The notes beneath the pieces were generated by a model. It was not told where the DNA came from and did no database searches. It worked only from the letters and a program-made list of their open reading frames with translations. From assembly GCA_051748045.1 (NCBI GenBank), contig JBNJGY010000018.1, positions 1 through 35,473 of the forward strand: a stretch of DNA of 35,473 bases. Direction: 5' to 3'. Positions 18,649 to 26,387 of the stretch are shown in pieces; the first letter of the stretch is position 1; each line of letters starts with the position of its first letter. The DNA comes from Thermotogota bacterium. Lineage in GTDB: Bacteria > Thermotogota > Thermotogae > Petrotogales > Petrotogaceae. A program made the position numbers and the translations under genes.

Positions 18649-19242
18649 GTGAAAATTTTTGATGGGAAAGCTCAATCAATCAACTTACCATTGATTTTTA
18701 AAACTTTATCTAATCAAACGAGACTCGAAATATTAATATCTTTACAAGATAATTGTTCAACTGCTGGAGATATCTCCAAAAGATTGGACATGGATATTTC
18801 TACCGTTTATAGACATTTAAAATTTTTAAAAAATAAAAGCTTAATAACTTCTTTCATGCAAAAGGGTATTGAAAGATATGATTTAGCTTCCGAACACGTT
18901 TATAACCTTATAGAGTCAGCAATTAATACTCTTTCTTCAATAAAACAAACAAAAGCTGTTGAGGCAGAAGTGTTGAAAATATTCTCTGATGATATCCACT
19001 ACATCAGTGATATTACAGTAAATAAAGTGCTGGATGTAAGAGGAGAAATGTGTCCAGTTCCAGATATACAAACAAGAAAACAATTGGAATTAATGGAAAT
19101 AAATGAAGTTCTTTTGGTGATTATAGACTATCCGTTATCCAAAGAAAGAATCCCAAAAGTAATAGAAGATGAAGGACACGAAATGCTAGCTCTTTACGAA
19201 GATAAATTAGGAGACACTAAAATTTACATCAGGAGGAGATAA
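18649..19242 (+). CDS. ArsR-family wHTH regulator fused to C-terminal TusA domain
   Basis: N-terminal FKTLSNQTRLEIL..STVYRHLKFL; C-terminal LDVRGEMCPVP..IDYPLSKERIP. Confidence 0.9.
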   Translation: MKIFDGKAQSINLPLIFKTLSNQTRLEILISLQDNCSTAGDISKRLDMDISTVYRHLKFLKNKSLITSFMQKGIERYDLASEHVYNLIESAINTLSSIKQTKAVEAEVLKIFSDDIHYISDITVNKVLDVRGEMCPVPDIQTRKQLELMEINEVLLVIIDYPLSKERIPKVIEDEGHEMLALYEDKLGDTKIYIRRR

Positions 19243-19244
19243 TA

Positions 19245-20600
19245 TTGTATAATACAGTTGTAATAGGCGGTGGACCTGGTGGTTATGTTGCTGCTATTAG
19301 ATTGGCTCAATTAGGTAAAAAAGTAGCTGTAATTGAAAAAGATAACGTTGGTGGAACTTGTACAAATTGGGGTTGTATCCCAACAAAAGCAATGTTGACT
19401 GCCGCTCATTTATATACAGATATCATTACTAAATCAAAAAAGATGGGAATAAAAGTAGACAGCGTAGATTACGACATAGCTGGAATCATGAAACACATGA
19501 AAAAATCAATAACCATGTCAAGAAAAGGTATCGAATTTTTGTTTAACAAAAATAAAATCGATTTGTTCAAAGAAACTGCAGTTATTGTTGACAAAAACCA
19601 TGTAAAAGCAGGAGAAGATACTCTTGAGACTGAAAACATAATATTAGCACATGGTTCTGAACCAGTTATGTTCTCCCCATTTAATGAAATAGACGGTATA
19701 TGGACAAGTAACGAAGTTTTCCAAATGAAAGAAGCTCCTGAATCAATTCTTATCATTGGTGGTGGAGTAATTGGACTTGAATTTTCTAACTTCTTCGCAA
19801 GTTTAGGTAAAAAAGTTTATTTAGTTGAATTGTTTGACCACATCCTTCCTTATGAAGATGAAGATGTTGCAAAAGAAATTAAAAAAACACTAAAGAAAAA
19901 AGGTGTAGAAGTTCTTGAGAAACATAAAGTTTCTGATGTTCAAATTTCTGAAAAAGGATATATATCAAAAATTGAAAATGATGATAAAATAAAGGAAATA
20001 GAAACAGAAAAAGTTCTTCTCGCAGTTGGAAGAAAACCAGTAATTCCTGAAGACGTTAAAAATTTAGGTGTTGAAATAGAAAAAGGTGTTAAAACAGATT
20101 CCAAAATGAAAACAAATATAGATAATGTTTACGCTATAGGAGATATCAGATCCCAAATTATGCTTGCCCATGTTGCAAGTTTTGAAGGTATAACAGCTGC
20201 GCACAATATCGCTGGCGAAGAAAAAGAAATGGATTATTCAGCTGTTCCATCCATTATTTTTTCGACACCCGAAGTAGCTTCGACTGGAGTTAAAGAAAAA
20301 GATGTTGACACAGATAAAGTTATTATCTCTAAATTTCCAGTTTCTGCAAATGGTAGAGCCAGAACAATGGAAGAAAAAGACGGATTTGCAAAAGTTATTG
20401 CAGATAAAGAATCTGGAAAAGTCCTTGGATTTTCTATAGTATCACCTAGTGCGACAGATATGATTATGGAAGGTGTTTTAGCTGTTAAGCATGGTTTAAC
20501 AATAGAGCAACTCGCTGATTCAATTCATCCTCACCCAACTCTAACAGAAACATTGTTAGGCGCTATTGAAGGTGCAGAAGGAATGGCAATACATATTTAA
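19245..20600 (+). CDS. lpdA: Dihydrolipoamide dehydrogenase
   Basis: GGGPGGY, GGTCTNWGCIP, GGGVIGLE, LAHVA, HPHPTLTE; AGGAGG RBS within preceding gene. Confidence 0.95.
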   Translation: MYNTVVIGGGPGGYVAAIRLAQLGKKVAVIEKDNVGGTCTNWGCIPTKAMLTAAHLYTDIITKSKKMGIKVDSVDYDIAGIMKHMKKSITMSRKGIEFLFNKNKIDLFKETAVIVDKNHVKAGEDTLETENIILAHGSEPVMFSPFNEIDGIWTSNEVFQMKEAPESILIIGGGVIGLEFSNFFASLGKKVYLVELFDHILPYEDEDVAKEIKKTLKKKGVEVLEKHKVSDVQISEKGYISKIENDDKIKEIETEKVLLAVGRKPVIPEDVKNLGVEIEKGVKTDSKMKTNIDNVYAIGDIRSQIMLAHVASFEGITAAHNIAGEEKEMDYSAVPSIIFSTPEVASTGVKEKDVDTDKVIISKFPVSANGRARTMEEKDGFAKVIADKESGKVLGFSIVSPSATDMIMEGVLAVKHGLTIEQLADSIHPHPTLTETLLGAIEGAEGMAIHI

Positions 20601-20623
20601 TTTATATATCGGGAGGTAATAAA

Positions 20624-20968
20624 ATGAAAAAGTACGCTGAATCTCATGAATACGTAATTAAAGAAGGAAACATTGGTATTATAGGAATCTCAGCTAACGC
20701 AGCTGATGAACTAGGAGATATCACTTACGTTGATCTTCCTGAAGAAGGAAAAGAAGTAAAAAAAGGTGACGCAATTTGTTCAGTAGAATCAGTTAAATCA
20801 GCTGGCGATGTATACGCTCCAGTAAGCGGAAAAATCGTAGAAGTTAACTCAGCTTTAGAAGATGCTCCTGAAACAATAAACGATGACGCAGAAGGCGAAG
20901 GTTGGATCTGTAAAATCGAAATGTCAGATGAATCAGAATTAGAAGATTTAAACGACGATGATGAATAA
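20624..20968 (+). CDS. gcvH: Glycine cleavage H-type lipoyl carrier protein
   Basis: SHEY, LGDITYVDLP, VESVKSA (lipoyl Lys), PETIN, EGWI. Confidence 0.93.
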   Translation: MKKYAESHEYVIKEGNIGIIGISANAADELGDITYVDLPEEGKEVKKGDAICSVESVKSAGDVYAPVSGKIVEVNSALEDAPETINDDAEGEGWICKIEMSDESELEDLNDDDE

Positions 20969-20973
20969 TTATT

Positions 20974-21005
20974 AAGCTCGGATATTAATCCGAGCTTTTA
21001 TTTTT
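20974..21005. terminator. Bidirectional intrinsic terminator
   Basis: AAGCTCGGAT-ATTA-ATCCGAGCTT between convergent genes. Confidence 0.88.
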
Positions 21006-21360
21006 CTAAAATATGCTCCATACCCATATTAAATATTTGATTTATATGTTCATCGTCCAAAGAATAGAAAACTGTTTTTCCTTCTTTTCTGTATTTCACC
21101 AAATTAGCTCCTCTTAAAACCCTCAACTGATGAGAAACTGCTGATTGTGTCATACCTAAAGCTTCTGAAATATCACATACGCATAGTTCTGAATGAAAAA
21201 GAACATTCAGTATTTTAATTCTAGTAGTATCTCCAAAAATCTTAAAAAAATCAGCTAATTCATATAAAATCTCATCTTTCGGTATTTTCCCTTTTATCTC
21301 TTTAAGTTTATCTTCATGTATTACCGTTTTTTTACAAACTTCTATTTTATCTTTTTTCAT
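20998..21360 (-). CDS. ArsR/SmtB metal-sensing repressor (CadC/SmtB-like)
   Basis: FKIFGDTTRIKIL, ELCVCD, SAVSHQLR, LDDEH..MEH; GAGGAG RBS before ATG 21360. Confidence 0.92.
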   Translation of the reverse strand: MKKDKIEVCKKTVIHEDKLKEIKGKIPKDEILYELADFFKIFGDTTRIKILNVLFHSELCVCDISEALGMTQSAVSHQLRVLRGANLVKYRKEGKTVFYSLDDEHINQIFNMGMEHILEK

Positions 21361-21382
21361 AATTTCACTCCTCAAAAAATAA

Positions 21383-22216
21383 TTAATATAAAAAATCAAC
21401 AAGCATTTTCTTTATTTCGTTATTTTTTTCGTAATACAACAAATGTCCTCCTGGTAATTTTTTATATATTTTATTCAAAAATTTTTCTCCAAAATAGTGG
21501 TTGGGTCCTATTGAATAATCTTTATCTCCAACTAATAAAAGAACTGGAATTTCAATTTCTGAGGATAAATAATAATGATCTTTCATATATTCATCATCTC
21601 TAAAAACATATCTCAGAAAATTTTGTCCTTTTCCAATCTTCAAATGCTTGTCTACACTATTTAACTTATTATAATCCTCTCTTGAACAACCTAAAAGTTC
21701 ATGATGTTTTTCTTTAGAGGATAATATGGAAATAGTTTTAAAAAGCTTATTTACTAGATCATCTTCTTGTTCAAAAATTTCTTTATAACTAACATCTAAA
21801 ATTTCCAAAGATTTTTTCACTTGTACATTCAAAGACCTTCTAATACTGAAGCTACTATTTAAAAAAATAGCTTTATTAACATTTTCTGGATATTTATATA
21901 AATAATTAATTAGAAGAATTCCACCAAAAGAATGGGCTATAATATTCAAGTCTTCAATAACCAAATACTCTCTAAGTTCCTCAATATCTTTGACCACTCT
22001 ATCTAAAGAATAATTATTATCCGCTGGAAAGTCTGACCTACCACAACCTCTTTGGTCTAAATAAATCATTCTAAAAGAATCTTCAAAGTTTTTTCCTCCT
22101 AGTTCTTCAAAACTTCTGCTCCAAGCACCAGGACCTCCGTGTAAAAACAAAAGAGGTTTGCCTCTTCCAGATATTTTATACCATAAATCTACATTATCAC
22201 TTGTTGTAAAAATCAT
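21383..22216 (-). CDS. Alpha/beta hydrolase, proline-iminopeptidase-like
   Basis: LHGGPG, DQRGCGRS, AHSFGG, GGH; AGGAG RBS favours ATG 22216. Confidence 0.88.
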   Translation of the reverse strand: MIFTTSDNVDLWYKISGRGKPLLFLHGGPGAWSRSFEELGGKNFEDSFRMIYLDQRGCGRSDFPADNNYSLDRVVKDIEELREYLVIEDLNIIAHSFGGILLINYLYKYPENVNKAIFLNSSFSIRRSLNVQVKKSLEILDVSYKEIFEQEDDLVNKLFKTISILSSKEKHHELLGCSREDYNKLNSVDKHLKIGKGQNFLRYVFRDDEYMKDHYYLSSEIEIPVLLLVGDKDYSIGPNHYFGEKFLNKIYKKLPGGHLLYYEKNNEIKKMLVDFLY

Positions 22217-22301
22217 TTCTTTACTCCTATTCATAAAAAGTTCTATATTTTGGTTGTTGGTTAGAGGTTGGAGATTGTTGGAATTAAAAAATTATATACT
22301 T

Positions 22302-22441
22302 TGTCATTTCGACTAAGATGCATAGCATCGCATGGAGGAATCTATTCAGTAAATTTCACAGAGTGAAATTAAGATTTTATAACCATTCAATTTGCTTTGC
22401 AAATTTACTGAAGAGATGCCTCGACCCTGCTCGACATGACA
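22302..22441. repeat. Nested palindromic REP/MITE-like element
   Basis: Arms TGTCATTTCGA/TCGACATGACA, GAGGAATCT/AGATGCCTC, TTCAGTAAATTT/AAATTTACTGAA plus three internal hairpins. Confidence 0.75.
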
Positions 22442-22540
22442 TACGCAAACATTTTCAACAATGTATTTTCTTCCAACTTCCAATCATAAACCTTCAACAG
22501 AAATCTCTAATATCTTGTATCCATTTTAATTATATAATAA

Positions 22541-22565
22541 AAACCTCCACACAAAGTGAAGGTTT
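22541..22565 (-). terminator. Probable intrinsic terminator of ArsR-DUF2087 unit
   Basis: AAACCTCCAC-ACAAA-GTGAAGGTTT with A tract on the left. Confidence 0.65.
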
Positions 22566-22581
22566 ATTTATAATTATTTTT

Positions 22582-23157
22582 TCAATAGGGATTTTTTGGT
22601 ATATCTTTAACCCTCCAATATATTCCAGGAGTTCTATCTAACAATTTTTCTTCTACCATATATCTTCTCAAAGCCGCTACATCATCATTGTATTTCACCA
22701 AAATGGCGTTTACTTCATCTTCTGTGTACTTTTTATCGAAATCAAAATCTTTTACCAATTCTTTTAAAATAATGTATCTTTTTTTGTTGGACATGGGAAT
22801 TTGTTTGAGCTTTCCGTATTCAAAAAATGCTTTAAAAACTTTATTCTTATATTCTTCCATTCTTTGCTTTTGCGCTGCTTCATCTGGGTTCTTTATATAG
22901 ATAATATCTTTAAGGTTTTGATTCAATATTTCGTCTTTAACGTTATACACAATATAATACTGGCTTCTCTCAGAATAAATAATTCCAGCTTTTTCTAATT
23001 TTTTTAAATGAAAAGATACTGTTGATTCAGCGAGATCAAGCAAATTGGATATTTCTTCAACATACATTGGTTTTTTCATAAGGGCATTTATAATCAATAT
23101 CCTTGATTTATCAGCGAAAGCTTTTAATAAATTTAATTTTTTTTGAACTTCATTCAT
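22582..23157 (-). CDS. ArsR-type wHTH regulator with C-terminal DUF2087 domain
   Basis: KAFADKSRILI..STVSFHLKKL; GKLKQIP..KKR..YTEDEVN..LRRYMVE..LLDR. Confidence 0.88.
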   Translation of the reverse strand: MNEVQKKLNLLKAFADKSRILIINALMKKPMYVEEISNLLDLAESTVSFHLKKLEKAGIIYSERSQYYIVYNVKDEILNQNLKDIIYIKNPDEAAQKQRMEEYKNKVFKAFFEYGKLKQIPMSNKKRYIILKELVKDFDFDKKYTEDEVNAILVKYNDDVAALRRYMVEEKLLDRTPGIYWRVKDIPKNPY

Positions 23158-23353
23158 TTTCTATCTCCCTATATTTTGCCAAAAAAACTTTTTCTAAAAC
23201 GTGTGTAACCTGGATTTTGATTTGCCCTTTGACATAATTATCTTGGTCACCATTTTCTTTTGCATAATCAGCCTTTTCTTCCCATTCAGTTCTCAATTTA
23301 TGCACAAAATCAACATATTCTTTCTTCAATTTTTCCATCTTATCCATATTCAT
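23150..23353 (-). CDS. Small hypothetical protein
   Basis: GAGGTGG RBS, 8-nt overlap with downstream gene, follows consensus promoter. Confidence 0.7.
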   Translation of the reverse strand: MNMDKMEKLKKEYVDFVHKLRTEWEEKADYAKENGDQDNYVKGQIKIQVTHVLEKVFLAKYREIENE

Positions 23354-23399
23354 CCACCTCTCGTATATAATTCTATCGAAATAAATATATTTTTAATGT

Positions 23400-23447
23400 T
23401 TCGATGTTTATCGAATTAATTATATCATTCTTTTTTTGACTTGTCAA
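23400..23447 (-). promoter_or_regulatory. Consensus sigma70 promoter with operator over the start site
   Basis: TTGACA (23447-23442), 17 bp, TGn-TATAAT (23424-23419); TTCGAT-N4-ATCGAA at 23400-23415. Confidence 0.85.
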
Positions 23448-23464
23448 ACTATTTCGATAAATAT

Positions 23465-23495
23465 AAAAAAGATACTCCCCTTCGGGAGTATCCTT
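23465..23495 (-). terminator. Intrinsic terminator
   Basis: GATACTCCC-CTTC-GGGAGTATC with A run on the left. Confidence 0.88.
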
Positions 23496-24163
23496 TACAT
23501 TTTTTCTTTTATTAAACTAGCTCTTTCTTCTCTATTTCTTCTTTTATTTATGTTATATAATAATTTTATTTCTGGAACTGGTATAGTTTTTTCATTAATA
23601 TCTATATTATTTAGATGTTTCCAGGCATATGGACCACAATCTATTGGATCTGGTTTGTCTAAATCTTCTGACACTTCAAAAACAAAATCCACAGGAATTT
23701 CATCGAACATAATCCCATAGCCTTTTGCTATCCAGTCTTCACATATTTCTACAGGAATGATTATCTTTTCTTTAAATAAATCTTGTATTTTTTCTAAATC
23801 TTTCAAATCTACTACTATATTTATGTCTTTTGGATTTATTTCAACGCCATAAATCTTAGCTGCAGTGCTACCACTTAAAAACCAGTTTATTTCATTTCTG
23901 TTTAATATTTCAGCAACCTCTAAAAGTTTTTTCATCGGATTTTTTCTTTCACTACCTAAATAATATTCGTACATTTCACATCCATTTCTTTCAAAGTTCT
24001 TAGCTGTAGTTTCAATGTTTTTTAATTTGTTTGAAAACTTTTTTGTGTAATAATCCCCATTTTTCTCAAAAAGTTCTCCTTTAAAAAATTTTTGCTCTTC
24101 TTGACTTAATTCTCCTACGCAAAATAATAAATCTTGTTCAGTTTCTTTTATAAAACATTTCAT
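23495..24163 (-). CDS. Pol-beta-like nucleotidyltransferase-fold protein
   Basis: WFLSGSTAAKIYG...PKDINIVV; GGAGGTGG RBS. Confidence 0.65.
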   Translation of the reverse strand: MKCFIKETEQDLLFCVGELSQEEQKFFKGELFEKNGDYYTKKFSNKLKNIETTAKNFERNGCEMYEYYLGSERKNPMKKLLEVAEILNRNEINWFLSGSTAAKIYGVEINPKDINIVVDLKDLEKIQDLFKEKIIIPVEICEDWIAKGYGIMFDEIPVDFVFEVSEDLDKPDPIDCGPYAWKHLNNIDINEKTIPVPEIKLLYNINKRRNREERASLIKEKM

Positions 24164-24191
24164 TTTACCACCTCCATGAATTTGTAAATAA

Positions 24192-24222
24192 ATAATACCA
24201 AAAAAATCAAGGGTGGTGTAGA
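24192..24222 (-). promoter_or_regulatory. MerR-type promoter/operator (19-bp spacer)
   Basis: TCTACA, 19 bp, TATTAT with TGn; dyad ACCA-N13-TGGT. Confidence 0.55.
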
Positions 24223-24971
24223 AGTGTAGGGTTTGATTTAATATTATTAATTATTTTAAAAACTTTTGATACAGATTCAATTGCTTTTTCCAAATTCAAA
24301 ACCCAATTATCTCCTGTTATAATAAGTATTTTCTCCTCTGTATCATCTTTCAGTTCATCAGAAATTTTTCCTTTCAAACCATTTTCATAGGCCTGCATAC
24401 TCCTAAAAATAGATGATATTGTAAATTTTGATTTTCTCAACATGTATATTATCTTCAACCTTTCTATTTCTTTCTCAGTAAAATATCTTTCATTGTTTTT
24501 TCCTTTTCTGGGTATTTCTAATAACTTGTTTCTCTCCCAATTTCTTATTGATTCTTTTGAAACCCCTATTAAAATACTTGTTTCTTCATAAGAATATGTT
24601 TTTGTATTATCCTCTTTTTTTTCATCATTACTCCATAAATCTAAAATTTCAACAGTATTTTTTGCTTTTCTTAATTCTTTTTTCAATGAAGCCTGATGGA
24701 TTTTAACGTTTTTAATAGCAGAATCTATATCCCAATCAACCATAGAAAATATAATGTTATTAGCTGTTTTTCTGAGCTCCTTTCCAAACCATCCATCTTT
24801 ATATAATAATTTTATAATTTTTATTTGAAAATAATGTTTTTCAGTAAAAATTCTATAGTTATTCTTTTCTCTCTTCACTGGAGAAATGAATTTGATCTTC
24901 TCATAAAATCTAACTGTGTTTGCGTGTATATTTAATTTTTTAGCAAGCTCTGATGTTTGATAAGTTTTCAT
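24207..24971 (-). CDS. MerR-family regulator with two MerR HTH domains
   Basis: HANTVRFYE..NNYRIF and SKESIRNWER..NNERYF; GAGGG RBS before ATG 24971. Confidence 0.9.
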   Translation of the reverse strand: MKTYQTSELAKKLNIHANTVRFYEKIKFISPVKREKNNYRIFTEKHYFQIKIIKLLYKDGWFGKELRKTANNIIFSMVDWDIDSAIKNVKIHQASLKKELRKAKNTVEILDLWSNDEKKEDNTKTYSYEETSILIGVSKESIRNWERNKLLEIPRKGKNNERYFTEKEIERLKIIYMLRKSKFTISSIFRSMQAYENGLKGKISDELKDDTEEKILIITGDNWVLNLEKAIESVSKVFKIINNIKSNPTLLHHP

Positions 24972-25107
24972 AATTAATACCCTCACTATTAATAGTCTTA
25001 TTTTTATTAAATTATATAATATTTCAATATCATATGACAAAAGAAACAAAAAAAATAAATGTATTTTATGTATAATTTAAAGGGATTACAAATAAGGGGG
25101 GGATTTT

Positions 25108-25494
25108 ATGGGTAAAAAACATGGTTTTTTTATCGTAATAATTATTTTATTTGTAGTTATTTTTTCTATAACAGTTATTTCATCAAAAGATAGAGTTTGG
25201 AAAGGAAAAACATATTTTTTTGATGAATACACCAAGATAGTTTTTGAAGAAAATCTGGAACAAGGGGATAATTTGACTATTAGGTTAGATTCAAAAATAT
25301 TAAAAGATACAGATGTTTTTTTAGAACTTCATACACCAGAAGATATCATCAGATGGGATAAAAAATTCAAAGAAACAAGAGAAAATCTTAATTATGAAGT
25401 TAAAAAGAATGGAAAATATTCTTTATTAATAATTTTCACCAATAAGAATTCAGAAAACGCTGAAGCAGAAGTCGAAGTTAATTGGAAATTTTAA
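25108..25494 (+). CDS. Membrane-anchored/secreted hypothetical protein
   Basis: N-terminal hydrophobic helix, AAGGGGGG RBS, downstream terminator. Confidence 0.7.
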   Translation: MGKKHGFFIVIIILFVVIFSITVISSKDRVWKGKTYFFDEYTKIVFEENLEQGDNLTIRLDSKILKDTDVFLELHTPEDIIRWDKKFKETRENLNYEVKKNGKYSLLIIFTNKNSENAEAEVEVNWKF

Positions 25495-25533
25495 AATAAA
25501 GACCTATTCCTGAGAGAATAGGTCTTTATTTTT
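25495..25533. terminator. Bidirectional intrinsic terminator
   Basis: AATAAAGACCTATTC-CTGAGA-GAATAGGTCTTTATT. Confidence 0.9.
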
Positions 25534-26373
25534 TTATCCTTTGAGTCCTGTACTAACAAGACTTTTCACAAATAGATTTTGTATTAAAAAGAAAATTATT
25601 AGTGTTGGAATAAGAGCTAGGTTTGTACCAGCCATTATAACTCCCCAATTGTTTAATCCTTCAGAATCCATAAGCATTTTAACCCCGATTTGGACTGTTT
25701 TCATTCTATCATCCATTGTTATAATTAGAGGCCATAAATACATGTTCCATGCATAAACAAAATTAATCAAAGCAGCCCCACCAAGCATTGGTTTTGATAA
25801 TGGAATGAGTACTTTGAAAAAATATTGTAAAGGACTTGCACCATCTATTTTCGAAGCATCTTCTAATTCTTTTGGAATAGTCATAAAATGCTGTCTGAAT
25901 AAAAACGCGTTTGTTGCTGATGCTGTAAAAGGAATAATAAGGGCCCAATAAGTATTGACCCAGCCTAAATCCCTCATTAGCATAAATAGTGGTAAAACCA
26001 TAACTGTTTCTGCTGGTAAAAATAAAGTTATAAATAAAATCCCAAATAATAATTTTCTACCTTTAAATTTAAAGTTAGCAAAAGCATAACCTGCCAAAGT
26101 ACCTGTAACTAATTTACCAAAAGTTACTGCTAAACCTATTATAGCAGAGTTTAGAAGAAGTCTATCCAACTTTACTCTTCTTAATGCAGTCATATAATTA
26201 TCAAAATTAAAAGAAGAAGGTACAATTTTTGGTGGATAAGAAAACACTTCTCCTTGAGTCATAAAACTCATTGAAAAAGATAATAATATAGGCAACATAA
26301 CTATTATGGCTATTGTAATTAAAAGTATTTCTGAAATTATTAAATTTGTTCTTTTTCTAGTACTTATTTTCAT
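25534..26373 (-). CDS. CUT1 ABC permease (UgpE-like)
   Basis: FRQHFMTIPKELEDASKIDGA EAA loop; FVYAWNMYLWPL. Confidence 0.9.
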   Translation of the reverse strand: MKISTRKRTNLIISEILLITIAIIVMLPILLSFSMSFMTQGEVFSYPPKIVPSSFNFDNYMTALRRVKLDRLLLNSAIIGLAVTFGKLVTGTLAGYAFANFKFKGRKLLFGILFITLFLPAETVMVLPLFMLMRDLGWVNTYWALIIPFTASATNAFLFRQHFMTIPKELEDASKIDGASPLQYFFKVLIPLSKPMLGGAALINFVYAWNMYLWPLIITMDDRMKTVQIGVKMLMDSEGLNNWGVIMAGTNLALIPTLIIFFLIQNLFVKSLVSTGLKG

Positions 26374-26387
26374 ATATAAACAACTCC

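Noticed and set aside
20624-20968. Calling GcvH a true LbpA of an sHdr system
   Set aside because: The sequence looks like canonical GcvH and no shdr or lipoate-assembly genes are present; only an analogy is claimed
22251-22500. CRISPR array, tRNA or known riboswitch
   Set aside because: No regularly spaced direct repeats, no T-loop or cloverleaf, no aptamer consensus recognised
22318-22641. 107-aa ORF across the palindromic element
   Set aside because: No RBS, atypical composition, crosses a terminator; better explained as non-coding repeat
20998-25494. Genomic island or mobile element
   Set aside because: Accessory-looking genes but no integrase, transposase, tRNA site or flanking direct repeats
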